Part shown: positions 1-12,678 of the stretch, piece after piece
Layout of the letters: each line of letters starts with the position of its first letter
Numbering within the stretch: position 1 is the stretch's first letter
Source of the DNA: Nemertoderma westbladi
Taxonomy: Eukaryota; Animalia; Xenacoelomorpha
Assembly (NCBI GenBank): GCA_032718475.1
Contig: JAUCBJ010001577.1
Coordinates: 24,121 to 88,120, forward strand
Direction: 5' to 3'
DNA length: 64,000 nt
Translations under genes and position numbers: made by a program
Notes under the pieces: model-generated
Database searches by the model: none
What the model saw: the letters and a program-made list of their open reading frames with translations, nothing else
What the model was told of the DNA's origin: nothing

Positions 1-163
1 ATTCGTTAGAGCAGTTTTGGCTGTAGATCAGTCAGTCAGTCAGCCAGTCAGCCAGTCAGTCAACAATTCTTACAGTAATCAAGTCTAACGACTTGCTAAC
101 TAGTGACGGGCCTAGTGGCCCGATAAGGAACCGACTTTTTATTTCAAATAAAAGAGACAACGA

Positions 164-1241
164 GCTCGGCTCGGTCTGGCATGATTGGGCCCGATTCAGT
201 TCGACTTGGCTTGATCGGCTCGGTTTGGCTCGACTCGGCTTGATTGGGCTCGACTCGACTCAGCTCGATTCGGCTCAATCGGCTTGATTGGGTTCGACTC
301 GGCTCGGTCCGGCTCGACTTGGCTCAATTGGGCTCGACTCGGCTCGATTGGTCTCGACTCTGCTCGGTAGGGCACGAATCGGCTCAATTGGGATTGATTG
401 GGCTTGACTCGGCTCGATTTGGCTCAACTTGGCTCAGTCCGGCTAGACTGGGCTCGGTCCGGCTCAGTCTGGCTCGACTCGGCTTGATTAGGCTCAACTC
501 GGCTATGTCCGGCTCGTCTCAGCTTGATTGGGCTCGACTCGGCTTGATTGGGCTCGACTTGACACATCTCGATTCGGCTCAATCGGCTTGATTGGGTTCG
601 ACTCGGCTCGGTCCGGCTCGTTCCGGCTCGACTTGGCTCGATTGGGCTCGACTCGGCTCGATTGGGCTCGAATCGGCTCGATTGGGATTGATTGAGCTTG
701 ACTCGGCTTGATTTGGCTCAACTTGGCTCAGTCCGGCTCGACTTAGGCTTGATTGGGCTCGACTCGGCTCTATTGGGCTCGACTCGATTCGATTGGGCTC
801 GACTCGGCTTGATTGGGCTCGACTCGACTCAGTCCAGCTCAATTTGGCGTGACATGGCTCAATTGGGCTCGGTCTGAGTCGACTCAGCTCGATTCGGCTC
901 AATCGGCTCGATTGGGTTCAACTCGGCTCGGTCTGGCTCGACTTGGCTCAATCCGCTCGACTCGGCTCGATTGGGATTGATTGGGCTTGACTCGGCTCGA
1001 TTTGTCTCAACTTGGCTCAGTCTGGCTCGATTGGGCTCGGTCCGGCTCAATTAGGCTCGACTAGGATTGATTGGACTAGACTCGGCTCTATTGGGCTTGC
1101 CTCGCCACAGTCTGGCTCGACTAGGCTTGATTTGGCTCAACTCGGCTCCGTTCGGCTTGACTCAGCTCGATTGGGCTCGACTCGGCTTGATCGCCTCGAT
1201 TGGTTCTATTCGGCTCGATCAGTATGATTCGGCTCGATTGA
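164..1241. repeat. Degenerate GGCTC/GACTC/GATTG pentamer satellite
   Basis: 5-bp periodicity with a recurring set of variants (ggctc, gactc, gattg, aattg, gactt). Confidence 0.95.
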
Positions 1242-1356
1242 CACACGCTGCTGGAATGGTCAAAGCCAAACTCATGTGCTGCTCGAAGGGACAAAGTCAA
1301 ACAGTGTGCCTATTATTTGATGTAACTCACGTGCTGCTCGAAGGGCGCAACATCAT

Positions 1357-1926
1357 TTATTTAATTTAATTTAATTTAATTTCGTACACCAAATATACAG
1401 ATGGGTACACAAAGCACAATAGGTTAATAATACAAGCACTATTATAAAATAATATGATATGTCTAAGTACTGCAGATCTAAGAAGGTAATTAATTATGAT
1501 GAAGATACACTATTTAAAATATTACTCAATTCCTGGCGGGTAAAGCCATCTACAATACCTCCGTTGTTTAGGCACCAAATAATTTCCCTACAAAAATTAA
1601 CTCGCCACTTATCTGCGTTCAGTAACGGTACATAAGTAAGATTAGATACCGCACGAGATGTCAGCAATTCAAGATTAAATATGTTACACATGTTTCCTAT
1701 TTCTCGTAAATTTCTCCCAGACCGGGTACGACAATCAACTAAACATATATTAGCAAGAAAACGAATGCACATTTTGTTAGACCTACGTAATGATAAACAA
1801 AATGAAACGAAGCGAGAGTAAAGCATAATACACGGGTGTTTAAACTGCACTAGGTTTTCAACAATATATCGATGAGAATTAAATGGTAATCCAAAAATCA
1901 TTCTAACATTTACATTCCAGGTGCTC
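1357..1926 (-). mobile_element. 5'-truncated non-LTR retrotransposon (3' end of ORF2, 3' UTR and (TTAAA)n tail) inserted in unit 1
   Basis: The segment is absent from sibling units, which read catcatatatcgaagggtcaaag. ORF 1494-1928 (WNVNVRMIFGLP..HRYIVENL) resembles the post-RT C-terminus of LINE ORF2. An atttt/attta tail lies at 1357-1383. Confidence 0.65.
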
Positions 1927-2909
1927 AAGGGTCAAAGCAAAACTCACGTGCTGCTACTGTAGAAGGGACAAAGTCAAACATTGTGTCTAATATTTGATTA
2001 ACTCACGTGCTGCTCGAAGGGCGCAACTACATATATCGAAACAAGCCCCTGTCTTGTATTTTAATAATAATATAATAATATACACTCCCCAACGGGGTAA
2101 ATGAAATTCGGTAAAATCATATTATTATTTTATCAATAAAATAGATATAAAATAAAAATAATAATAAATCAATTTGTATTTTAATTATATCAGAAATCGT
2201 TGCCATGCATAATGTACTATATTTGGGTCCCATGACCCACCCCATTGAACAGCTTTGCTTACATCTGATCCCAAATTAACTTCCCTCTACGAAAATTATT
2301 TTAATTAAATACATGCAACATAGCAGTCTACTCTACAGTCAACAGTAGTAGGCCTACACAATAACTAAAATGGCATTCAGCTTACCAGCTATTCGCATTA
2401 AGCTAATAGATATTCGATTTCATTGGATTCAGTGAGTGTGTGAGGGCTATTGGGAGAGCAATCAGCTTATGATGTAATACATTAGAATCCCACGGCTTTT
2501 GTTTGCTTACTGTCTGAGTTGTAGAGTGAGGATAATACTTGGCAGAGAAAGCATTTCCTTGTTAGGTGGCCATTCCTATAGAATAGCATTACTAGGCTAT
2601 CTCTATCCATTTTTCATGAGTGCCAGCTGGTGTTTTTATCATTGCGCCTATGGCGTTTTTTCGTTTATGTCTATTTTTCGAGCCCACGGCTCATGGACGA
2701 AATAGCGGAACATACCAGGGACCTTAAAATCGCGGTATCTAGCCGCTGTGAAAATTTCATCAAAATCGTAGTTTTGGCTGTAGATCAGTCAGCCAGCCAG
2801 CCAGTCTCGAGCAATTCTTACAGTAATGAACCTCTCGGTTCCTAACTAGTGACGGGCCTAGCGGCCCGATAAGGAACCGACTTTTTATTTCAAACAGAAG
2901 AGACAACGA

Positions 2910-4065
2910 GCTCGGCTCGGTCTGGCACGATTGGGCTCGATTCAGTTCGACTTGGCTTGATCGGCTCGGTTTGGCTCGATTGGGCTCGACTCGGCTTGAT
3001 TGGATCGACTCGACTCAGTCCGGCTCAATTTGGCGTGACACAGCTCGAATCGGCTAGATTGGGCTCGGCTCGGCTCGGTCTGACTCGACTCAGCTCGATT
3101 CGGCACAATCGGCTCGATTGGGTTCGACTCGGCTCGGTCCGGCTCGACTTGGCTCAATTGGGCTAGATTCAGCTCAATCTGCTCGACTTGGCTCGAATCG
3201 GCTCGATTGAGATTTATTGGGCTTGACTCGGTTCGATTTGGCTCAACTTGGCTCAGACCGGCTCGATTGGGCTCGACTTGGCTCGGTCTAGCGCAATTGG
3301 GCTCGACTAGGCTTGATTGGGCTCGATCCGGCTCTATTGGGCTCGACTCGATTCGATTTGGGCTTGACTCGGCTCAGTCTGGCTCGACTCGGCTAGATTG
3401 GGCTCAACTTGGCTCGATTGGGCTCGACTCGGCTTGATTGGGCTCAATCCGGGCTCAATTGGCTCGGTCGCACGGCTCGGCTCAGCTCGGCTCGGCTCGG
3501 CTCGGCTTGGCTCGGCTCGGCTCGGCTCAGCTCTCTCGGCTCGGCTTGGCTCGGCTCGGCTCGGCTCGGCTCGGCTCGGCTCGGCTCGGCTCGGCTCGGC
3601 TCGGCTCGGCTCGGCTCGGCTCGGCTCGGCTCGGCTCGGCTCGGCTCGGCTCGGCTCGGCTCGGCTCGGCTCGGCTCGGCTCGGTCTGAGTCGACTCAGC
3701 TCGATTCGGCTCGATTGGGTTCGACTTGGCTCGGCTTAGCTCTATTGGGCTTGATTCGGCTCAATTCGCACGACTCGGCTCGATTGGGATTGATTGGGCT
3801 TGACTTGGCTCGATTTGGCTCAACTTGGCTCAGTCCGGATCAATTGGGCTCCGGTCCAGCTCAATTTGGCTCGACTAGGCTTGATTGGGCTCGACTCGGC
3901 TCTATTGGGCTCGACTCGACTCGATTGGGCTTGACTCGGCTCAGTCTGGCTCGACTCGGCTTGATTGGGCTCAACTCGGCTCTGTTCGGCTCGATTGGGC
4001 TCGACTCGGCTTGATCACCTCTATTGGTTCTATTCGGCTCAATCGGTATGATTCGGCTCGATTGA
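2910..4065. repeat. Degenerate GGCTC satellite with a nearly pure (GGCTC)n core at ~3470-3685
   Basis: Direct inspection. Confidence 0.95.
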
Positions 4066-5305
4066 CACACGATGCTGGAAGGGTCAAAGCCAAACTCACG
4101 TGCTGCTCCAAGGGACAAAGTCAAACAGTGTGTCTATTATTTGATGTAACTCATGTGCTGCTCGAAGGGCGCAACATCATATATCAAGGGACAAAGCAAA
4201 ACTCACGTGCTGCTCGAAGGGTCAAAGTCAAACAGTGTGTCTATTATTTGATGTAACTCACGCGCTGCTCGAAGGGCGCAAATACATATATCGAAGGGTC
4301 AAAGCCTAACTCACGTGCTGCTCGAAGTGACAAAGTCAAACATTGTGTCTAATATTTGATTAACTCACGTGCTGCTCGAAGGGCGCAACTACCTATATCG
4401 AAACAAGCCCCTGTCTTGTATTTATATTATATCAGAAATCCTCGCCTTCAGTACAAAATATCTACAAATTAATTTACCTGAAGTATGGGTAACATTATAA
4501 ATTCGCTTTTCGCACAGTAGTTAACTAAATCAAATACACTTCAGGTTGACTGAATGATTTTAATAATGTTTGCCATGAATAATGTACTATATTTGGGTCC
4601 CATGACCCACCCCATTAAACAGCTTTGCTTACATCTGATAGAGAGTAATCCCAAATTAACTTCCCTCGACGAAAATTATTTTAATTAAATACATGCAACA
4701 TAGCAGTCTACTCTACAGTCAACAGTAGTAGGCCTACACAATAACTAAAATGGCATTCAGCTTACCAGCTATTCGCATTAAGCTAATAGATATTCGATTT
4801 CATTCGATTCAGTGAGTGTGTGAGGGCTATTGGGAGAGCAATCAGCTTATGATGTAATACATTAGAAGCCCACAGCTTATGTTTGCTTACTGTCTGAGTT
4901 GTAGAGTGAGGATAATACTTGGCAGAGAAAGCATTTCCTTGTTAGGTGGCCATTCCTATAGAATAGCATTACTAGGCCATCTCTATCCATTTTTCATGAG
5001 TGCCAGCTGGTGTTTTTATCATTGCGCCTATGGCGTTTTTTCGTTTATGTCTATTTTTCGAGCCCACGGCTCATGGACGAAATAGCGGAACATACCAGGG
5101 ACCTTAGAATCGCGGTATCTAGCCGCTGTGAAAATTTCATCAAAATCGTTAGAGTAGTTTTGGCTGTAGATAGCCAGTCAGTCAGCCAGCCAGCCAGCCA
5201 GCCACAGCAATTCTTACAGTAATGAACCTCTCGGTTCCTAACTAGTGACGGGCCTAGCGGCCCGATAAGGAACCGAGTTTTTATTTCTAATAAAAGAGAC
5301 AACGA

Positions 5306-6704
5306 GCTCGGCTCGGTCTGGCATAATTGGGCTCGATTCAGTTCGACTTGGCTTGATCGGCTCGATTGGGCTCGACTCAGCTTGATTGTGCTCGACTCGG
5401 CTCGGTCTGGCTCGACTTGGCTCAATTGGGCTCAACTCGGCTCGATTGGTCTCGACTCGTCTCGATTGGTCTCGACTCGGCTCGATTGGGCTCGATTGGG
5501 ATTGATTGGTCTTGACTCGGCTCGATTTGGATCAACTTGGCTCAGTCCGACTCGACTGGGCTCGGTCCGGCTCAATTGGGCTCGACTAGGCTTGATTGGG
5601 CTCGACTCGGCTCTATTGGGCTCGACTCGATTCGATTGGGCTTAACTCGGCTCAGTCTGGCTCGACTCGGCTTGATTAGGCTCAACTCGGCTCCGTCCGG
5701 CTCGACTCGCTCGACTCGGCTTGATTGGTCTCGACTCGACTCAGTCCGGCTCAATTTGGCGTGACATGGCTCGATTGGGTTCGGCTTGGCTCGGTCTGAG
5801 TCGACTCAGCTCGATTCGGCTCAATCGGCTCGATTGGCTTTGACTCAGCTCGGTCTGGCTCGACTTGGCTCAATTGGGCTCAATCCGCTCGAAACGGCTC
5901 ATTTCAAATAAAAGAGACAACAAGCTCGGCTCGGTCTGGCATGATTGGGCCCGATTCAGTTTGACTTGGCTTGATCGGCTCGGTTTGGCTCAATTGGGCT
6001 CGACTCGGCTTGATTGGGCTCGACTCGACTCAGCTCGATTCGGCTCAATCGGCTCGATTGGTCTCGACTCAGCTCGGTTGCGCTCGAATCGGCTCGAGTT
6101 GGCTCAACTTGGCTCAGTCCGGCTTGACTGGGCTCGGTCCGGCTCAATTGGGCTCGACTAGGCTTGATTGGGCTCGACTCGGCTCTATTAGGATCGACTC
6201 GATTCGATTGGGCTTAACTCGGCTCAGTCTGGCTCGACTCGGCTTGATTATGCTCAACTCGGCTCTGTCCGGCTCGACTCAGCTCGATTGGGTTCGACTC
6301 GGCTTGACTGGTCTCGACTCAACTCAGTCCGGCTCAATTTGGCGTGTCACGGCTCGACTCGGCTCGATTGGGTTCTGCTCGGCTCGGTCTGAGTCGACTC
6401 AGCTTTATTCAGCTCAATCGGCTCGATTGGGTTCGACTCGGCTCGGTCCGGCTCGACTTGGCTCAATTGGGCTCAATTCGACTCAATTGATTGGGATTGA
6501 TTGGGCTTGACTCGGCTCGATTTGGCTCAAATTGGCCCAGTCTGGCACGATTGGGCTTGACTTGGCTCGGTCCCACTCAATTGGGCTCGACTAGGATTGA
6601 TTGGGCTCTACTCGGCTCTATTGGGCTCGACTCAACTTGATTGGGCTTGACTCGGCTCAGTCTGGCTTGCTCGACTTGATTGGGCTCAACTCGGCTCCAT
6701 TCGG
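5306..6704. repeat. Degenerate GGCTC satellite with an internal restart at ~5900
   Basis: A second copy of atttcaaataaaagagacaac-gctcggctcggtctggcatgattggg begins at ~5900. Confidence 0.9.
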
Positions 6705-8067
6705 GTGAAGACCTCGTTTTGGAATTTCGAAACCACGCTGGTGCGATGCGCGATATCGTGTTTAGTTAATAAATTGAAAAATCCATCAATTCATGTGCAA
6801 CCAGTAATAAGAAATCGCGATAAAGTAATTAAATAAAAATTATTCTAGAAAAATTTTCCTTCAAAAGTATGAAGTCTTGGCATTGGTGACGCGAAACTAG
6901 GCTAGTGAGATTCAGGATATTGCGTTTAATATAAAAATCGAAAACGCTATCGAATTCCGTAAAGGCGTTAATAAAATACTGCAACTTTTTTGAAATTTGT
7001 AAAATTCTAGAACTAGAAAATTAATTTTTGAACGGCGCTGTTTGGGGTTTCGAAACATGGATAGGCTGAAAGAGGACATCGAATTAAGTTGAAAAATGAA
7101 AACCCCATCGAATTTGGACAACGCGTTCTGGAGTTATAGCGGATCGAAAAAAATTGACCCCCCCCAGTCGCCAAAAATTTACAGTAATTTAAAATTTTGC
7201 AAAAAAAATTTTTTGCGTTATTTTTGATGGCGAATCGATTGGCAGTACTGGCTACGAAAAAATTTTTTTTGAAATTTTTGGTCAGAAAAAAAAACATGGA
7301 AAAAGTATATTTTTAAAAAGATTTGATATCTCCTTGCAGAGAATGATCCAACTCTGTAACTTGGCAATCGCTCAAATCCATTCAGCTGAATGGCACAGTA
7401 GAGTAAACTAAAGTAAATTCCCTATACAATGTTCTGAAGGGGTGACTGACAGAGAGTAATCCAACAATAAAACATTTTGCAATAATGTTGGCATTAATGT
7501 AGCCAACTCACTGTGTACGTAACAGTCATTCAGCTTACATTAGCAGAGTGAGATATTCGCATAGAATGCATTGGGAAGAGTAATTCAGCTGAGGCGATAT
7601 TAGATTTCAAACTAAACCAACCAGTTAATAATGTTTGCTTTGACAGAGAGTGGTGGCCTATACAAACAGTATGGGTGTACTGAGTATAATAATCTTGGCA
7701 ACCTCATCGATTTATTACTAAGCCTTCTGTAGAAATGCATTACATAAGCCATTTTTCATCACGACACCAGCTGTTATTGGTGTTATTTTACCATTGCGCC
7801 TATGGCGTTTTTTCGTTTATGTCTATTTTTCGAGCCCACGGCTCATGGACGAAATAGCGGAACATACCAGGGACCTTAGAATCGCGGTATCCAGCCGCTG
7901 TGAAAATTTCATCAAAATCGTTAGAGTAGTTTTGGCTGTAGATCAGTCAGCTCAGTCCAGTCACGCTAACAATTCTTACAGTAATGAACCTCTCGGTTCC
8001 TAACTAGTGACGGGCCTAGCGGCCCGATAAGGAACCGACTTTTTATTTCAAATAAAAGAGACAACGA

Positions 8068-8893
8068 GCTCGGCTCGGTCTGGCATGATTGGGCTCGATT
8101 CAGTTCGACTTGGCTTGATCGGCTCGGTTTGGCTCGATTGGGCTAGACTCGGCTTGATTGGGCTCGACTTGACACATCTCGATTCGGCTCAATCGGCTTG
8201 ATTAGGTTCGACTCGGCTGGTCCGGCTCGACTTGGCTCGAATTGGCTCGACTCTGCTCGATTGGGCTCGAATCGGCTCGATTGGGATTGATCGGACTTGA
8301 CTCGGCTCAACTTGGCTCAGTCCGGCTCGCTCGATTGGGCTCGACTTTGGCTTGATTGGGCTCGAATCGGCTCTATTTGGCTCGATTCGATTCGAATGGG
8401 CTCGACTCGGCTTGATTGGGCTCGACTCGACTCAGTCCGGCTCAATTTGGCGTGACACGGCTCAATTGGGCTCGGCTCGGCTCGGTCTGAGACGACTCAG
8501 CTCGATTCGGCTCAATCGGCTCGATTGGGTTCGACTCGGCTCAGTCTGGCTCGACTTGGCTCAATTGGGCTCAATCCGCTCGACTCGGCTCGATTGGGAT
8601 TGATTGGGTTTGACTCGGCTCGATTTGTCTCAACTTGGCTCAGTCTGGCTCGATTGGGCTCGACTTGGCTCGGTCCGGCTCAATTAGGCTCGACTAGGAT
8701 TGATTGGGCTCGACTCGGCTCTATTGGGCTCGACTCGACTCGATTGGGCTTGCCTCACCTCAGTCTGGCTCGACTAGGCTTGATTGAGCTCAACTCGGCT
8801 CCGTTCGGCTTGACTCGGCTCGATTGGGCTCGACTCAACTTGATCGCCTCGATTGGTTCTATTCGGCTCGATTAGTATGATTCGGCTCGATTG
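8068..8893. repeat. Degenerate GGCTC satellite
   Basis: Direct inspection; closely resembles 164-1241. Confidence 0.95.
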
Positions 8894-9897
8894 ACACACG
8901 CTGCTGGAAGGGTCAAAGCCAAACTCACGTGCTGCTAGAAGGGACAAAGTCAAACATTGTGTCTAATATTTGATTAACTCACATGCTGCTCGAAGGGCGC
9001 AACTACATATATCGAAACAAGCCCCTGTCTTGTATTTTAATAATAATATAATAATATGCAGTCCCCAACGGGGTAAATGAAATTCGGTAAAATCATATTA
9101 TTATTTTATCAATAAAATAGATATAAAATAAAAATAAAAATAAATCAATTTGTATTTTAATTATATCAGAAATCGTTGCCATGCTTGATGTACTATATTT
9201 GGGTCCCATGACCCACCCCATTGAACAGCTTTGCTTACATCTGATAGAGAGTAATCCCAAATTAACTTCCCTCTACGAAAATTATTTTAATTAAATACAT
9301 GCAACATAGCAGTCTACTCTACAGTCAACAGTAGTAGGCCTACACAATAACTAAAATGGCATTCAGCTTACCAGCTATTCGCATTAAGCTAATAGATATT
9401 CGATTTCATTCGATTCAGTGAGTGTGTGTCGGCTATTGGGAGAGCAATCAGCTTATGATGTAATACACTAGAATCCCACGGCTTTTGTTTGCTTACTGTC
9501 TGAGTTGTAGAGTGAGGATAATACTTGGCAGAGAAAGCATTTCCTTGTTAGGTGGCCATTCCTATAGAATAGCATTACTAGGCTATCTCTATCCATTTTT
9601 CATGAGTGCCAGCTGGTGTTTTTATCATTGCGCCTATGGCGTTTTTTCGTTTATGTCTATTTTTCGAGCCCACGGCTCATGGACGAAATAGCGGAACATA
9701 CCAGGGACCTTAGAATCGCGGTATCAAGCCGCTGTGAAAATTTCATCAAAATCGTTAGAGTAGTTTTGGCTGTAGATCAGTCAGCCAGCCAGTCTCGAGC
9801 AATTCTTACAGTAATGAACCTCTCGGTTCCTAACTAGTGACGGGCCTAGCGGCCCGATAAGGAACCGACTTTTTATTTCAAATAAAAGAGACAACGA

Positions 9898-11360
9898 GCT
9901 CGGCTCGGTCTGGCACGATTGGGCTCGATTCAGTTCGACTTGGCTTCATCGGCTTGGGTTGGCTCGATTGGGTTTGACTCGGCTTGATTGGGCTCGACTC
10001 GACTCAGTCCGGCTCAATTTAGCGTGACCCAGCTCGAATCGGCTCGATTGGGCTCGGCTCGGCTCGGCTCGGCTCGGCTCGGCTCGGCTCGGCTCGGCTC
10101 GGCTCGGCTCGGCTCGGCTCGGTCTGACTAGACTCAGCTTGATTCGGCTCGATTGGGTTCGATTTGGCTCGGTCCGGCTCGAATTGGCTCAATTGGGCTC
10201 GATTCAGCTCAATCTGCTCAACTCGGCTCGATTGAGATTGATTGGGCTTGATTCGGCTCGATTTGGCTCAACTTGGCTCAGTCCGGCTCGACTTGGCTCA
10301 GTCTGGCTCAATTGGGCTCGACTAGGCTTGATTGGACTCGACTTGGCTCTATTGGGCTCGACTCGATTCGATTGGGCTTGACTCGGCTTAGTCTGATTTG
10401 ACTCGGCTTGATTGGGCTCAACTTGGCTCCGTCCGGCTCGACTCGGCGCAATTGGGCTCGACTCGGCCTCGGCTCGGCTCGGCTCGGCTTGGCTTGGCTC
10501 GGCTCGGCTCGGCTCGGCTCGGTCTGACTCGACTCAGCTTGATTCGGCTCGATTGGGTTCGATTCGGCTCGGTCCGGCTCGAATTGGCTCAATTGGGCTC
10601 GATTCAGCTCAATCTGCTCAACTCGGCTCGATTGGGATTGATTGGGCTTGATTCGGCTCGATTTGGCTCAACTTGGCTCAGTCCGGCTCGACTTGGCTCG
10701 GTCTGGCTCAATTGGGCTCGACTAGGCTTCATTGGACTCGACTCGGCTCTATTGGGCTCGACTCGATTCGATTGGGCTTGACTCGGCTTAGTCTGGTTCG
10801 ACTCGGCTTGATTGGGATCAACTTGGCTCCGTCCGGCTCGACTCGGCTTGATTGAGCTCGACTCGACACACTCCAGCTCAATTTTGCGTGACACGGCTCG
10901 ACTCGGCTTGATTGAGCTCGGCTCAGCTCGGTCTGACTCGAATCAGCTCGATTCGGCTCAATCCGCTCGATTGGGTTCGACTTGGCTCAGTCCGGCTCGA
11001 CTTGGCTCAATTCGGCTCAATCTGCTCGATTGGGCTCTACTCAGCTCGATAGGCCTCAAATCGGCTCGATTGGGATTGATTGGGCTTGACTCGGCTTGAT
11101 TTGGCTCAACTTGACTCAGTCCGGCTCGATTGGGCTCAACTTGCCTCGGTCCGGCTCAATTGGGCTCGACTAGGCTTGATTGAGCTCGACTCGGCTCTAT
11201 TGGGCTCGATTCGACTCGATTGGGCTTGACTTGGCTCAGTCTGGCTCGACTCGGCTTGATTGGGCTCAACTCAGCTCCGTTTGACTCGATTGGGCTCAAC
11301 TCGGCTTGATCGCCTCGATTGGTTCTATTCGGCTCGATCGGTTTGGTTCGGTTTGATTGA
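9898..11360. repeat. Degenerate GGCTC satellite with short pure runs
   Basis: Pure run at ~10051-10122; internal duplication of ~10120-10440 at ~10520-10850. Confidence 0.95.
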
Positions 11361-11695
11361 CACACGCTGCTGGAAGGGTCAAAGCCAAACTCACGTGCTG
11401 CTCGAAGGGACAAAGTTAAACAGTATGTCTATTATTTGATGTAACTCACGTGCTGCTCGAAGGGCGCAACATCATATATCGAAGGGTCAAAGCAAAACTC
11501 ACGTGCTGCTCGAAGGGACAAAGTCAAACAATGTGTCTATTATTTGATGTAACTCACGTGCTGCTCGAAGGGCGCAAATACATATATCGAAGGGTCGAAG
11601 CAAAACTCACGTGCTGCTCGAAAGGACAAAGTCAAACATTGTGTCTATTATTTGATTAACTGACGTGCTGCTCGAAGGGCGCAACTATATCGAAA
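11361..11695. repeat. ~108-bp tandem repeat made of two ~54-bp subunits, each with aactcacgtgctgctcgaaggg; also at 1242-2042, 4066-4403, 8894-9017, 23088-23340, 37944-38196
   Basis: Period measured between gtgctgctcgaagggcgcaa copies at 23091 and 23199; copy number varies from about 1 to 3 between units. Confidence 0.9.
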
Positions 11696-12678
11696 CAAGC
11701 CCCCCTGTCTTGTATTTTAATTATATCAGAAATCGTTGCCTTCAGCACAAATTATCTAAAAATTCATTCACCTGAAGTATGGGTAACATTATAAATTCGT
11801 TTTTCGCACAGTAGAGTTAACTAAAGCAAATACCCTTCAGGTTGACTGAATGATTTTATTAATGTTTGCCATGCATAATGTACTATATTTGGGTCCCATG
11901 ACCCACCCCATTGAACAGCTTTGCTTACATCTGATAGAGAGTAATCCCAAATTAACTTCCCTCTACGAAAATTATTTTAATTAAATACATACAACATAGC
12001 AGTCAACTCTGCAGTCAACAGTGATTTTTATATTTCTAACTATAATGTTAGTCTTAGCCTTACAGAGTATCAGTATAAGGCTGAGTAAACATTCCACCTT
12101 ATAAGCATACAGCCTCCACAGTATTAATGTTGGCATTAATGTAGCCGATACACTGTATACCTAATAGTCATTCAGCAGGGGTAAGAGTTATTCAGCTGAG
12201 GCGGTAATAGATTGCAAACTAAACCAACCAGTTGGCAGCCTCATTGATTTATACTAAGCCTGTGTAGAACCACAAACTAAATCAACCAGTTAATATTTGC
12301 TTTGACAGAGAGTGCAGGGCCTAAACAAACAAACAGTAAGGGTGTACTAAGTACAATAATCTTGGCAACCTCATCGATTTATACTAAGCCTTGTGTAGAA
12401 ATGCATTACATAAGCCATTTTTCATCAGGACACCAGCTGTCATGGGTGTTATTTTACCATTGCGCCTATGGCGTTTTTTCGTTTATGTCTAATTTTCGAG
12501 CCCACGGCTCATGGACGAAATAGCGGAACATACCAGGGACCTTAGAATCGCGGTATCTAGCCGCTGTGAAAATTTCATCAAAATCGTTAGAGTAGTTTTG
12601 GCTGTAGATTAGCCAGCCAGCCAGCCAGCCAGCCAGTCAGTCAACAATTCTTACAGTAATGAACCTCTCGGTTCCTAA

